Source: Azolla caroliniana
Taxonomy: Eukaryota > Plantae > Polypodiophyta
Direction of reading: 5' to 3'
Assembly: GCA_043228905.1 (NCBI GenBank)
Contig: JBHGNT010000011.1
Location: 6,138,001 to 6,202,000 of the forward strand
DNA: 64,000 nt
Position 1 is the stretch's first letter, and each line of letters starts with the position of its first letter. The notes below the pieces were generated by a model. The model had not been told where the DNA came from. It saw only the letters and a list, made by a program, of their open reading frames with translations, and did no database searches. Positions 23,482 through 35,336 of the stretch are shown piece after piece. The translations under genes and the position numbers were made by a program.

Positions 23482-26473
23482 TTAGCCTTCGTCCAAGATA
23501 TCTAGAATACTCTGCTCTAGGGTATCCAATGGTTGTTCGGAACTCTGGTGTTGTTGTTGTTGTGGTTGTTGTTGTTGCTATGGCTACTGTTGTGGTTGTT
23601 GTTGTTGTGGTTGTGGTTGTTGTTGTGGCTCTGGCTCCTCCGACTGTTGCTCCTTAGATGGCGTTTGTTCGGCTCCCGGTACCGGCGGTTGTGGCGGTGA
23701 TTCCTCTGTTAGTTGCTCCGCCGGATTTGACTCCAGTTGACTCACCCCGGCCTTGTCTCCGTCCGGTTCTTGCTCTGGTGATGGCTCATCATCGTTGAGG
23801 TTGACGGTCGCCGCCTGCTTTGCTTCTTCTCTCCGTAGCCTGGTCCGCTCATAGCTCTCAAACTGGATTTGAGCATCTAGCCGATCATCGTCTAGCTGTG
23901 CTACCAGTTGTCAGACCACTGCAGACTGTTCCTCCGCCAGAGTTACAAAATCTTCGGCTAGCTCATCTCTTACGGCGGTGAAGTCCTCCTTTGTTAGCAT
24001 GTAGCAGTCGTCGCCATCCTTCTGCCGGTTTTCCACGTCCGCCCTTAGCAACTGGAGCTCGGTTGTGTGCTTTGCCCATTTGTCCCACCATTGCGTGGAG
24101 CTCTCTTCAATCAAGCGTTTGGTCTTGTTTCTCCAAGCCTGGATAATGAACTAGATCCGCTCCAATCCCATCTTCGATTTGTCCTCCGCGGCTTGCCATT
24201 CATCCTTCAATTTCTTGATCAGTGCCACCGTATCCACCTCCTGCTCCCGGTAATGTGACAATTGGGTTTGATAGGTGTTTTGCATCCTTTGCAATACCAT
24301 TGTCGCTCTTTCCTTCTCTTCATAATGTTGCTTATGGAGCTCCATACGTTCTTGCGTGGCTTCCTCCAGTAGCGTGGTTCTTTCAGCCCGTTCCTCTGCT
24401 AGCGCCGTCTCAACTCGATGCACCTCCTACCGGAGCTCTGCCATCTTCTCCTGATGTTTCTTATGCTCCGTATCCAGGTGCCTATAGTCCCGATGCAGGT
24501 GCTCAAAATCATCGGTCTTCTACTTCAGCTTTTGGTTGAGTTGACGGCGAGCGCAGTCTTCCCGATCCTTCTGTTGACGGAGTTCTTCTTTCAGTCTTTC
24601 GATCTCTGTTTCCGCCATCCATCGCAGCTTCTCCTTTTCTTGCACCGCTTTCTCTTTCTCCTCCTTCAGCCGGCCATAGGCTTGATGTCCTTTCCGTAGA
24701 TTCTCTTCTGCCCAGTGGAGGTTCTCAACAGTCTTTCGTTGCTCTTCTTCTGCCACTTTCTTCAAGTCCCGCTCTCGGGTGTGTAATGCTTCCTGTGCGG
24801 CCAGTTCATCTCTCAATTCAGCAAGCTCTTTTTCTTGCGTCGCCACTATCCCCAGGACTGGTTCCGTCTCCGCGGTCTTATTGCTATGTACAGGTGCCGG
24901 TGTCTCTTTATTGTGTACATTTACCGGAGTCACCAGTGCTTGGATTGGTGGTCCGATTAAGGCCATTTTGGCCAATTCATCTGTGGCGAGGTCCAAGTCT
25001 TGTTCTAAGCTCTGGATCCTTGACCAAGCCATCTCTAGTTCTCCAGTTATGACGAGCAACCGGTCCACCTGCGCTTTCTCTTCCACCTCTATGTAGTGAC
25101 CACTCCGACAATCTGTTCTCCAATCCACTAGAGCCATTGGCTGCCAATGCTCTGTTGTTGCGTCTGCCCGGAGGGTTGGTTGTTGGTGTCGCTGGCTAGT
25201 GATCAGTTTTGTCCGGTTGCGTCAAGCTGCAACTCTAGCTCTTGTTGGTGACCACTTTGCTGTTCTGGTTGCGGTTCCGTTGGCCGCTCCGCCTCTTAAT
25301 GCTCTTGGCCTACCGGTGGGGTAGGCAACTGTACTTCCGGCGCTTGCATTTCGGGTCTTGCCGTATCCTGACCCGCTGGTAGAGGTTGTTGTGCAAGGAG
25401 CTTTGTGACCGGTTTTGTCCAAACCTGTTCCGGTTCCATCCTTGGTGCGAGCTGCTCAGTGTGGGGTACAGGCGTTCTATCCTTCTTTGGGTCCGAACAC
25501 TCCCCGGCCTGTTCAGAGGTGCTTGCCTTCTGGCACCGCTGGAGGTGCTCTAACGGTTCCTCCTCCGCTTCCTCCTCCTGAGTTTCGATGTTGATTTTCA
25601 CTTGTTGAGCCAGTCAGTGAAGCCTGATCTTGATTGGTCGTGCCGGTGGCTCCTCCTGCGTTTCTACCTGCTGCTCCCTATTGGCGCGCTCCTTTGCCTC
25701 CTGGTCCGTGTTGGCCGCCTTCCCTTTGGTTTCGAGGCCATTTTCGGGGTGCCTTCGGTTGTTCTTCCCCACTTCGTGGTCTTAACGGGCTCGATAGGTG
25801 GTGCCAATAGGGTGAGCCATTGCGCCACTACCGTCCATATCTTCCGACCCTCCTTGCCTCTGACAGAGTCGATGGCCGCACAAAGGCCATCCGCAATCAG
25901 TACCGGCCAGTCCACCTTCACGTCTTCATATGTTGCTATGATTAAGCTGGCCCGGTTCTGAGGCATGCACGGGAGTCGAGGGTATACATGTCCAAATTCA
26001 TGGAGCACCCGGGCAATCTCTCGAAAGAGTGGATCTTCGCCGCCCTGTGTCCGGTAGGCCTTGCTGACCAGAGAGTATTCCCCAAAATATTTTCGGAGCT
26101 GCTCCGGGGTAGGGTTGTCGATAGTGAAGATGCCCCCTTCCGGAAGGCCAATCAACGCATGGATCACCTCCTCAGTGATCAGCTCCATGTCGATTTCCTT
26201 GACTATCTTCTCCGCCTCCCGGTGTGGTGGCGCCTCCATGATTGTGAGGAAACCTTCTAACCCGTGTTGCCTTAGCCACTTCTTGGCTGCTTCAGAGAGT
26301 GCTTGGCAGTCCATGGCTTCTTCGAGGTCGGTGAGCGCTGGTGAGGGGTGTGTTTGAGGAGGCTCTGTGTGCGTGGGCTCGCGTCTGCTAATCTTCAATC
26401 GCCTATCTACATTTGTGCTCCATTGTTCGCGAAATGTGAAGGTTTCTATGTGGTGGGGGTTTTCTTGTTGCAT
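23482..26473 (-). pseudogene. Extra ~1000-codon ORF downstream of pol (globular N-terminus, long coiled coil, Q-rich tail), frameshifted
   Basis: Fragments 25664-26473, 25296-25601, 24520-25137, 24151-24423 and 23911-24114 are colinear; the distal ones align with ORF 62295-63956. Ends LEQSILDILDEG*. Confidence 0.75.
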
Positions 26474-26914
26474 GTTGGCGCCTGTTTTTTTCTTACCCGA
26501 GCGTGTGCACGTCGTGTACTAAAATAGAATGTCGTGCCATGTGGTGGCGGTTTAATACCCTATTAATAGCCCACTTCGTACCTTTTCAAAGTGCCTGTTC
26601 ACTCCTTGTTCTTGCATGTGTCCATTCACCCTTCGCCCTTGCATGATTTACTTTTATTTTTTTTATTTTTTTATTTTTTTATTTTTTTATTTTTTTTTTT
26701 AAAGATAAAAATGGTTTTGTTAATTCACATCCGGTTCCACTAGACCCCTATCCGGATTGTGGAACTTGCCGGCTGCTAGACTGCTTGCCATTGCATCGTT
26801 GTTGTCGTTTGTCGGCTCGTGCTCCCTCTTACCGGCTTCGCGGTTGCCGATTGCTGAACGTGTGGTCGTCTCTTCCGACTTACCGGTGTCCGGTTCTGTG
26901 TCGGCCTTTACTTG

Positions 26915-29900
26915 TTAAAATGGGTTTCTTGGCATGGGTCCATTGTATGGTTTGAGTCGGAACCCATTGACCCATTTACCCAGAACCTCGCCGGCGAGTG
27001 TCCCTAATTGGTAGGAACCGTTGAACTCACGCGTAATCCAGTATGGTCCGGTCCACCGAAACCGTAGCTTTCCGAGCATGTTACCCATCTAGGTCTGGAA
27101 TACTAGTACCAGTTTACCGATTCCGAACATCTTTTCGTTCCCTTTCCGGTGACGATCCACAAACGCCTTCCTCCGCCGCTGCTCTAGTTCTAGGTGCATG
27201 ATGCTAGCTAGCCGGTGTTCTTCCAATTCGCACAGTGCGGCTAACCAAATAGCTTCCGATTCCATCTCATTTAGGCGTTCCTGAATCTGTATTCGTAAAC
27301 TCGGTACCTAGAACTCTACCAGCATCACTACTTCCAATCCGAATGCTAGGAGAAACGGTGTTGTGCGGATACTTGTCTTATATGCCGTTTGGTAGGCCTA
27401 GACTGCATTGTGCAGCTTTGTATCCCAATCCATCTGGTTCTCATTGACAATTTTTCACAGGATGTTCTGTAGTGTTTTATTTGTTGACTCTGCTAATCTG
27501 TTGGCTTGCGGATAATAGGGAGTGCTCCGTTTGTGCACCACCGCATAAAATGTCGTCAAACTTTCCACTACTTGCCCTAAGAAGTGCCCACCTTGGTCAC
27601 TTATGAGCTCTATCGGACATCCATACCGGCACCAGATGCATTCATATAAAAATTTTGTCGTGGATGCCGCGGTGTTGTCGTGTAGTGCTTTGGCTTCCAC
27701 CCATTTTGTGCAGTAATCCGTAGCGACGATCACGTACCGGTTGCCGGTTCTCATTGCCGGTGGTTTGAAGGGACCAACAAATTCCAGCCCCCATTTCTGA
27801 AATGGTTCTAACGGTAGCACGGGCTGGTGAGGCATTTTGGCTTGTTCGGTTGGTTGGCCCATTCGTTGACATAGGTCGCATTTTTTAGCATATCGGACTA
27901 CATCCTTCAATGTTGTCGGCCACCATAGTCCACTCTGCCATATTTTCCTTGCCATAGCGTCTCCGGCATAATGTCCTCCAACCACGCCGCAGTGTGCTTC
28001 GCGCAATATTATTTCCTTTTCGTCGTTGCGCACTGCACGCCGCCATATGCCATCTGCGCCTTTGTGGTACAGTGTGTCCTGTAATAGACAGAAGTGCCGG
28101 CTTTGAACCGCTAAGCGTTTCCTTTCGTCTCTGTTCATCTCCTCCGGAGGTAAGCCGGTGCTCAGAAATTGGTGCATGTTGGTGAGCCACTTGTCTTCCT
28201 CTACGACCGTACTATCCATTGTCGTTTCTGTTATGACTCTAAACAACTCTGCATCCGGAAAGTCGACTGGGACGCCGTCACCGATTTCGCCAGAATCTAA
28301 CCGGCTTAAATAGTCTGCTACCACATGTTGTATGCCGGGTCGGTGGAATATCTTGAACTCGAATTCTTGTACTAGTAACGCCCAACGGGCCAGCTTACCA
28401 GTGAGTGATGCTTTGGACACCAAGTAGGGGAGCGTTGAATGATCTACGTGAAAGGAAAATTTCCTTCCCAACAGATAGTGTCTAAACTTGGTGACACTGT
28501 AGATCATACCCAAGGCCTCCCTTTCCGTTGTGGAATAATTACGTTCCACTTGGGACAGCTTCCGGTTGGCATAATACACTGGCCGGTACCATTTCGGTTC
28601 TGTAAGTTGCTTTAGCACGCTCCCGATTGCGATGTCGGACGCGTCAACGAACACATGGAACTCTTTAGACCAATCCAGAGGTTGCACCACCGGAGCTTGT
28701 GACAACAGTACTTTTAGTGCCCAGTAAGCCTGGTCTTCTGTGTCCGTCCATCGGAATAGTGTTCGATGTACCGCGACATGTAGTGGTGTAGCCAGGTCTG
28801 TCAAATACCGGAACATTCGACTATGCCACCGAATTTGTCCTAAGAACCGACTTAGTGCCTTTGTCGTGGTTAGTGCCGATGCCTCCAAGATTGCTTTTAC
28901 TTTGTCCGGATCCACTGCGATACCGTCCTTGCTCACTATGTGGCCTAGTAACGCTCCGCTAGTTACTCTGAACACGCATTTTGCCGGGTTCAAGCTTAGT
29001 CGGTAAACCCTACATTTCTCCAGACATAGTCGGAGGTGCTGAAGGTGATCCCCTTCCTGGTTATAAACTGCGAAGTCGTTCAAGAACACCTGCATGAATG
29101 CCGGAATGAATTCTCCGAAAATCTCCATTATGATCCGCTGGAAGGTTGCCGGCGTCATTTTCAGTCCGAACATCATCACTACGGCAACAAAGACTCCCCT
29201 CCCCATTCAATGACAAAAGCGGTTTTCTCTTGGTCGGCGGGGTGCATCCGGATCTGATTATAGCCGTTGAAACCGTCCGGAAAACTATACACCTCATGAC
29301 CGGCGACCGCATCCAGGACTCCGTCCATGAATGGAAGCGGGAAGGCGTCCGTTACCGTAGCCGCATTCAATTTCTGGTAGTCGACGCACACTCTTATCTT
29401 ACCGTTCTTTTTGGGTACTACTACTATCGGACTGAGCCATGTGGCTTTCTTTACCGGTCAGATGAAGCCCACTCTTAGCAATTTGTCGATTTCTTCTTTG
29501 ACTTTTGCTGTGTAATTTGGGTTCACCCGGTAACGCCGTTGCGCTACCGGTTTGGTGTCTTTACTCAGATGTATCTGGTGTTGATACAACTAAGGATCGA
29601 GTCCCCGCACGTCCTCGTAGGACCAGGCGAACACATTGCGAAATTCTTTTAGGAGTGTGATCATTGCCGTTTTGTTCTCCGGGGTCATTTCCTTGGCGAT
29701 GTGCACCGGTCTTGTGTCCTCTGTGGTACCTAGGTTTACCTCTTCTAGTTAGGATGCTTTCACGCACTGCGACACTGCCATTTCTCTTTCCAGTGCCTCC
29801 TGTGCTTGTCGTAATTCCCGGATTTCTTCTTTATCCGGTTCCTCATCGGTCCCGTCCGGTTGCAGTATGTACGGTGATACTGCTTCGGCTACATCAATCT

Positions 29901-32527
29901 CGAACAGAGGTACAATCTTCGGATTTTCCTATAAGTATTGATCAACCTCTTCGTCCACCAATCCTTCCAGCATGTTGACACATTCCGCATATAGCGGCAT
30001 TGATTCCTTGCCGGTACCGGATCCTGGTTGAGTCGGTACTCATACTTTCACTTTTCCACGCCGAAACGTAATTATATTCTTCCTCCAGTTTTACTTGATG
30101 TGTGTTGTTTTTAACCAAGGGCGTCCCAACAATAGTGGGTAAGCTCCATGATCCTGTAGCTGGAGAACTACTGCGGAAATGCGAAATGTCTGACCCCCGA
30201 TGGTCACTTCCAGATCATGTTTTAATCCAGTCGGCCGTACTGAACTTGTGTCCGCCATCCGAAGCCAAAATGGGCACGGTTCCCAGTCATGGATTCCTAG
30301 AGTGTTACACGTTCGGAGGCTGATTACATTCACGTCGGATCCTCCATCGATAATCGTGCCCGGTAGCTCATTTCCTTTCACAATGGCTGTGATTGCCGAC
30401 TGCTCGTGTCCACCACTACCGGTCCTTCCTCCAGATTTGAAAAGAATGTCAGAGCCGGCAGTGTGTCAGCAGTCGTCCTTCCTATCTTCAGTCCTTCCGT
30501 GAAGCGTGGTACCAGTTGCAATAGCCGGCCTAATAGCAACGTTATTTGGCATTCTTGTAACGCCTACCATGTTGGGTTTTCGGGTTGCCTCGGGCCGGTG
30601 ACCTCTACCGCATTCCGCTCATTTGCCTTCTTCACCCATTCGGTTGCCTGCTTCCGGATGGCTTCTTGAGTTTCCCACTCCGTGGCTTTGCCTTTTGATC
30701 TTGTAGTGACTTGTTGTATGTCCACGACTTCCGCGTCTACCATGTTCACCGTTGGTCGCTTGTCGTAGCTCTTCGCCGGACATTGATTACTACAGTGACC
30801 TTCTTGCTGGCAATAATAGCAGTACGGCTTCCGAGTGTTGTTGGATTCGGCATGTGTGCTTGGTGGAGGTCCTATGGTAAGTGCTTGGTTTTGGTCCGGT
30901 TGGCTGCTTGGAGCACCCTTTTCCGGTTCCCGTGGATGACCCCCCTTTTTGTTGAAATGACGTTTCTTGAAATTCTTTTTGTTTCGGTAACCTTGACGGT
31001 GTTGGTCTTCATACTTGCCATAGTCGTCCTGTCGGTGGTTGTAACCAGGGGAGTGATCCCAGTTGTATCTCTCGTACCGTCCATTATAGTCCCGGTATCT
31101 ATCTTGTCTGTTATACCGGTCATAAGCGTCTCTTCGATCGTTGTACCGAACATCTTTTGTCGGTCGTTAGCGCTCCTCTCGCCGCCAGCATTTTCTTCTT
31201 CCTCCTGGTTGCTCCGTGGTTCAATTTGCCGGACCGGTGGTGCTTGCCAATTTAACAAGTTATACTCACACCGTTCCATTGTGTGACTTCTGGAGTGGTA
31301 GAGCAAGCATTGGGAACGTATGGTGCATTCCAGCACCGAATGTCCGGCATTCAGGCATGTCGTACATTGAATTGCTTGTCGGAAACGGAGGTCCTCTTCT
31401 GTTGGTAGTGCATGCTGAAATGCGCCCATGGTTAGCCATGAACTTGAGGTTTCCATTTCCCGAACTCGGTCAATCACTTGATCTATGTTGTTGGTGCGGA
31501 AATCAATAACGGTGCACACTATACGTAAGGGTTCCCGGAGGGCTGCTAAGAATATGGCCTTTGTTTCTTCCTCCGGTGGTGTCCGGCTGAGCTGATTGTG
31601 GATCCGCTGGAACCGGATGACAAACTGTTGAATGTTCTCCGTTGGTTCCTGCCAGATACTGTAAAATAAGCCTACCATTTCCCGCTGGTCCATCTCCTTG
31701 TGAAAGAAATGCACAAATTTTGTCTTTAATGTTTCAAACGTGGGGATGGTGCTGGGATCTTGTGTTCGGTGCCATCTGGTGGCCAGTCCCTCCAAGGTCA
31801 TGCCGAACTCTGCCCTTTTTGAGCGTTCCTCTTCGGCTGCATTTAAGCGTTGGGACACATGGTTTGCCTCCCAAGTTTGCTGAAACGCATGGACGTGGGC
31901 TTCTGCGTCCGGATCATCCCGGTATCTGGGATACTGGAACGGCATATCGTCATCTGGTGTCGGTACACGGGCTAGTGGTGTCGGTGGTCGTTCCTCCTCT
32001 TTTGGTGTCGGAGGTTTTTCCCAGTCTTCTCTTGCCGTCGGAGATCTTTCCTGCTCCTCTTTCGGTGTCGGAGGCTTCTCCTCCTCGACTTTCGGTGTCA
32101 GAGGTCTCTCATCCTCAACTTCTGGTTCCGAAGTGTGGTCGACTTTCAGTATCGGAGGTTCCAGCCTTGTCAATTCTGGTTCCAATGTCGGCAAGGTATC
32201 CGACTCCTCGTCCTTTGGTCCGCCTGGGGTGTCGTTACTGTTGCGGTAGTTCGTCTATGCGATGTATGCTTCGGATTCGCCTTCCCCCGCTGCCAATGCC
32301 TGGAGAAGGGATTCCGCTTCCCGGAGGCTGCTTAGGCTGCTTCCTTCGTTTGGGTAGTCGTTTTGTGGTAACCGAAGTGACTCCTTGGCCACTCTCCAGA
32401 TCACCTTGGAAAATGAGCGATCCGCTCTGATTTCTTCTGCCGCTTGCTAGAAAGCCTCTCGCTTCCTCAGTCGTTCAGCAAGTTTCCTTGCTCGCTCCGT
32501 AACCCGGTCGTTTGTTGGTCGCGTCAT
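26915..32527 (-). pseudogene. gag-pol of the Athila-like Gypsy (few stops/frameshifts)
   Basis: Gag with CCHC knuckles; PR IIDGGSDVNVI..LLGRPWL; RT CVDYQKLN, FLNDF; RH FVDASDIAIG..NYSTTEREAL; INT HCGVVGGHY..CDLCQ, ISDQG, YYPQAN; GPYW. Confidence 0.9.
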
Positions 32528-32564
32528 CCATTCCTGCCGCTGTTCGTTGCGATTGTGCAAGAAT

Positions 32565-32575
32565 TGTGGTCGCCA
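32565..32575 (-). promoter_or_regulatory. Canonical PBS, tRNA-Arg(UCG)-complementary 11-mer
   Basis: TGGCGACCACA lies 7 nt downstream of the 5' LTR on the minus strand; recalled tRNA-Arg UCG 3' end ...CTGTGGTCGCCA. Confidence 0.7.
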
Positions 32576-33089
32576 AAAACTATGTTAATCCTTAGGGCCA
32601 GACAATGGCCTAACACAGGGTGTCTCCGGAAGACACTTCACCAAAGGGGTGTTACGGCGAGATAATTTAAGACACAACGATTAATCCGACTTATTTGGCT
32701 ACTTAGCAATAAGGCATTCACTTAATACACGCATAAGATATAACAATTAATACAGAACGGTAATCAATACGTGAAAATAAAACAAGAAGCTTATAGTAAT
32801 TCTCCGTCAAAGTTTTACATTGTAACCGGGCCTTTATATAGGTTACCAGTGCTGCGTAGAAAATGGTGCCAACCGGCACCTATTCGGAATCGGTCCGGAT
32901 CCGGATCGGCATACCGATTCTGGTCCGTCCGTTCACTACTTAATTATAATCTATTCTACTTAATTAAAATAGATTCTGAATAACAATCCCTTTCACATTC
33001 TGGTCTTTAACTCCTTTGTCGGTCGGGTAACACAATATTTGTTAACAATAGATCTGTTGTTTCCATCCCTGAAATTGCTTTATGGAATA

Positions 33090-33766
33090 AAATGTGAGGA
33101 CGTTCCTCTTGCTGGAACTCAAAGAGACGGTTATCGCAGCGCACAGCTTGGGAAATAGCCTCATTCAAAGATGCGGGCTCACGAAAGTTAAGCAAAAGAT
33201 TTTTTATCTCACCTCGTAATCCTCAATGGAATTAATCGAGGAGGGTTTGTCCATCCCATTCGACATCGCACGCGAGCTAACGAAATTCAGATGCATAGAT
33301 TGATGTTGCACATTCTCCTTGTTGTAATGCATATAATTTGTTGAGTGCAGTTCGTCGTTTGTCGGTCTCCTCGAAAGTTGCTTCGAATTCGGTAAGAAAT
33401 GCTTGGAAGTTGGTCAAGAAGGGCGAAGAGGTCTCCACCAGAGGGGCAAACCAAGCTTGGGCTTGTCCTGTCAGCAATGTGCCAATGAGCCTGACTCGTA
33501 GAAAGTCATCAGAATAGCGACGGGGCTGAAGGCGAATAATAAGGCGGATCTGGTTGATGACACCTCTTAACCGTGATCTTGTTCCATCGAATTTGTCTGG
33601 CAAGCTAACATTGGGTTCTGTAGTAGAAGGGTCAATAATCGGGTGAGGTATGACCGTGGTGGTTGCCTGAAGTTCTTGGACGGAGTTTCGCAAGTTGGCA
33701 TTTTCATGTTGGAGTTGTTGCAAGACCGCTAAAATTTGCTCAATGTTACTAGATGATTCTAACATG
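33090..33766 (-). pseudogene. Chromovirus gag
   Basis: LPDKFDGTRSRLRG..QIRL, LLTGQAQAWF, L.QGECATSIYASEFR, PASLNEAISQAVRCDNRL. Confidence 0.85.
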
Positions 33767-34464
33767 ATAGTGTATTGAGAAAGAAGAAAAAGAAGCAAGG
33801 AAATCAATTTGTCACGGATGAACAATTGGAAGATAAAGAGATGGGGAAGTTGATGACAATGAGTAAGAATATCTATTCCCTGACTAGTGTTGATTTCCTT
33901 GATGTTAACAAGGGAGATCAACCCTTTTTATACATGTAGTGAAGCATGATAAGCATGCTCATGCCAAGTCTTACATACTATAATATCAAGCATACTAATT
34001 CTTGCATGCCAAGTCTTACATATTGAGTCTTATATACCACTCTTTATACGAAGGTTTATAATCTAAAGTTTGTCTAGGAGAAATATATATATACAAGAAC
34101 CTAAGGCTAAAATTAAAGTCGATGTTTATGACATAACTAACCTTAGTGATTAATGCTTACACACAACACTCTCTCTCTCTAAGTTCACTCCGGCCATCGT
34201 TTTCTATGTTCTATAACTCATTGGAAAGCTCTTTCAAAGAGCTTTCTAAAAAATGTTCATTTACTGAATTCGGGCAAAGAAGTTATGAGCATTTTCATCC
34301 ACAACCATCTTTGCCCCACGGTTCCTCAAACACAAGGTAGATTTTGAAGCCCTAAATCGAGTGAAAGGTACATTCTCTCTCCTTCCCTCTCTGTCTCTCT
34401 CTTCCCGTAGGGTTTTTCCCTACAATGGCAAATACTCATAAAGCCGCTGCAAAGTTACGAGGGT

Positions 34465-35313
34465 ATGATTGATAATGAGCCGAGATCACCAACAAATCTC
34501 GATTCCAATGCAATGGACAAAATGCTTATGAGTCACTTGATTTCTCTTCAAGAAACCATAAACAAGCAAGGTGAAGAGATTAGGATGTTAATGAAAGAGA
34601 ATGCTAAGCTCCAAAGTGTTGTCATTGAGAATGAAAGTCTTAAACAAGTGGTTGGAAAACTTCAAGAAGAGATTCAAGAATGTAAAAGAGCTTCTTTCGA
34701 AACAAATGAGTGCCTTAACAAGATTGAGTTAAAGGAAGCATTAAAAGAAGAAAAATTGGACACGATGAGGCGGGATGTAAGTGAGATGAAAAATGTATGT
34801 ACAACGAAGTCATGGGCCGATGTATGTGGTGGGGATGTGCTATCAAACTCATCTAATATGCATGTGATGCATGAAGAGAAGAATATAGAAAGCATAGATG
34901 TCCGAGAATTGAAAGAACGTGAACGACGATCAAAGAACATTGTCGTCCGTGGGATTAAAGAAGAGAGTATGGAAACACCCACATCCCTTGGAAAGGCCAT
35001 TGGTGAATTTTTTAGCATGCATTATGGGATGTCAGATGTGAATGTATATGGGGCACACCGAGTTGGGAAACATGGTGATACTCGCTCCGGAGAAAGGCCT
35101 ATTGTATGCAAAATGAGAGATGATACAAAGCGGCGGATCATACTCAAAAATAGTTGGGTATACCTCAAAGGTATGCAATGCTTTGTGAGTGAAGATCATA
35201 CTATCTCACAACAAAATGCTCGTCGTAAAGCATATGAAGAAAGATTGAAAAATAAGGTTAAGGATGTGCCTAAAGATGGAAAATGTAGGCAAATAGGGAC
35301 ACGTGATCTATGA
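34465..35313 (+). CDS. LINE ORF1 (coiled coil + RRM-like)
   Basis: Heptad region followed by RRSKNIVVRGIKE, AHRVGK, RPIVCK, FVSEDHT. Confidence 0.75.
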   Translation: MIDNEPRSPTNLDSNAMDKMLMSHLISLQETINKQGEEIRMLMKENAKLQSVVIENESLKQVVGKLQEEIQECKRASFETNECLNKIELKEALKEEKLDTMRRDVSEMKNVCTTKSWADVCGGDVLSNSSNMHVMHEEKNIESIDVRELKERERRSKNIVVRGIKEESMETPTSLGKAIGEFFSMHYGMSDVNVYGAHRVGKHGDTRSGERPIVCKMRDDTKRRIILKNSWVYLKGMQCFVSEDHTISQQNARRKAYEERLKNKVKDVPKDGKCRQIGTRDL

Positions 35314-35336
35314 GACTAACCCACGCCTTTTACGAC

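Larger units (their letters stand above)
22979..33032 (-). mobile_element. Full-length Athila-like Ty3/Gypsy with 3' extra ORF and tRNA-Arg-complementary sites at both ends; TSD TAATA/CAATA
   Basis: 450-bp LTRs at 22979-23428 and 32583-33032. Host frame TNIV|RLHG is restored on removal. TATA (CTATATAAAGG) and all ORFs are on the minus strand. Confidence 0.92.
21723..34133 (-). mobile_element. Tcn1-like chromovirus, internally deleted, self-priming, 5-bp TSD TAACT
   Basis: 324-bp LTRs at 21723-22046 and 33810-34133; TAACT at 21718-21722 and 34134-34138; PPT AAGGGGAGGATAA. Gag joins directly to the integrase core (PR/RT/RH missing). Confidence 0.92.
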
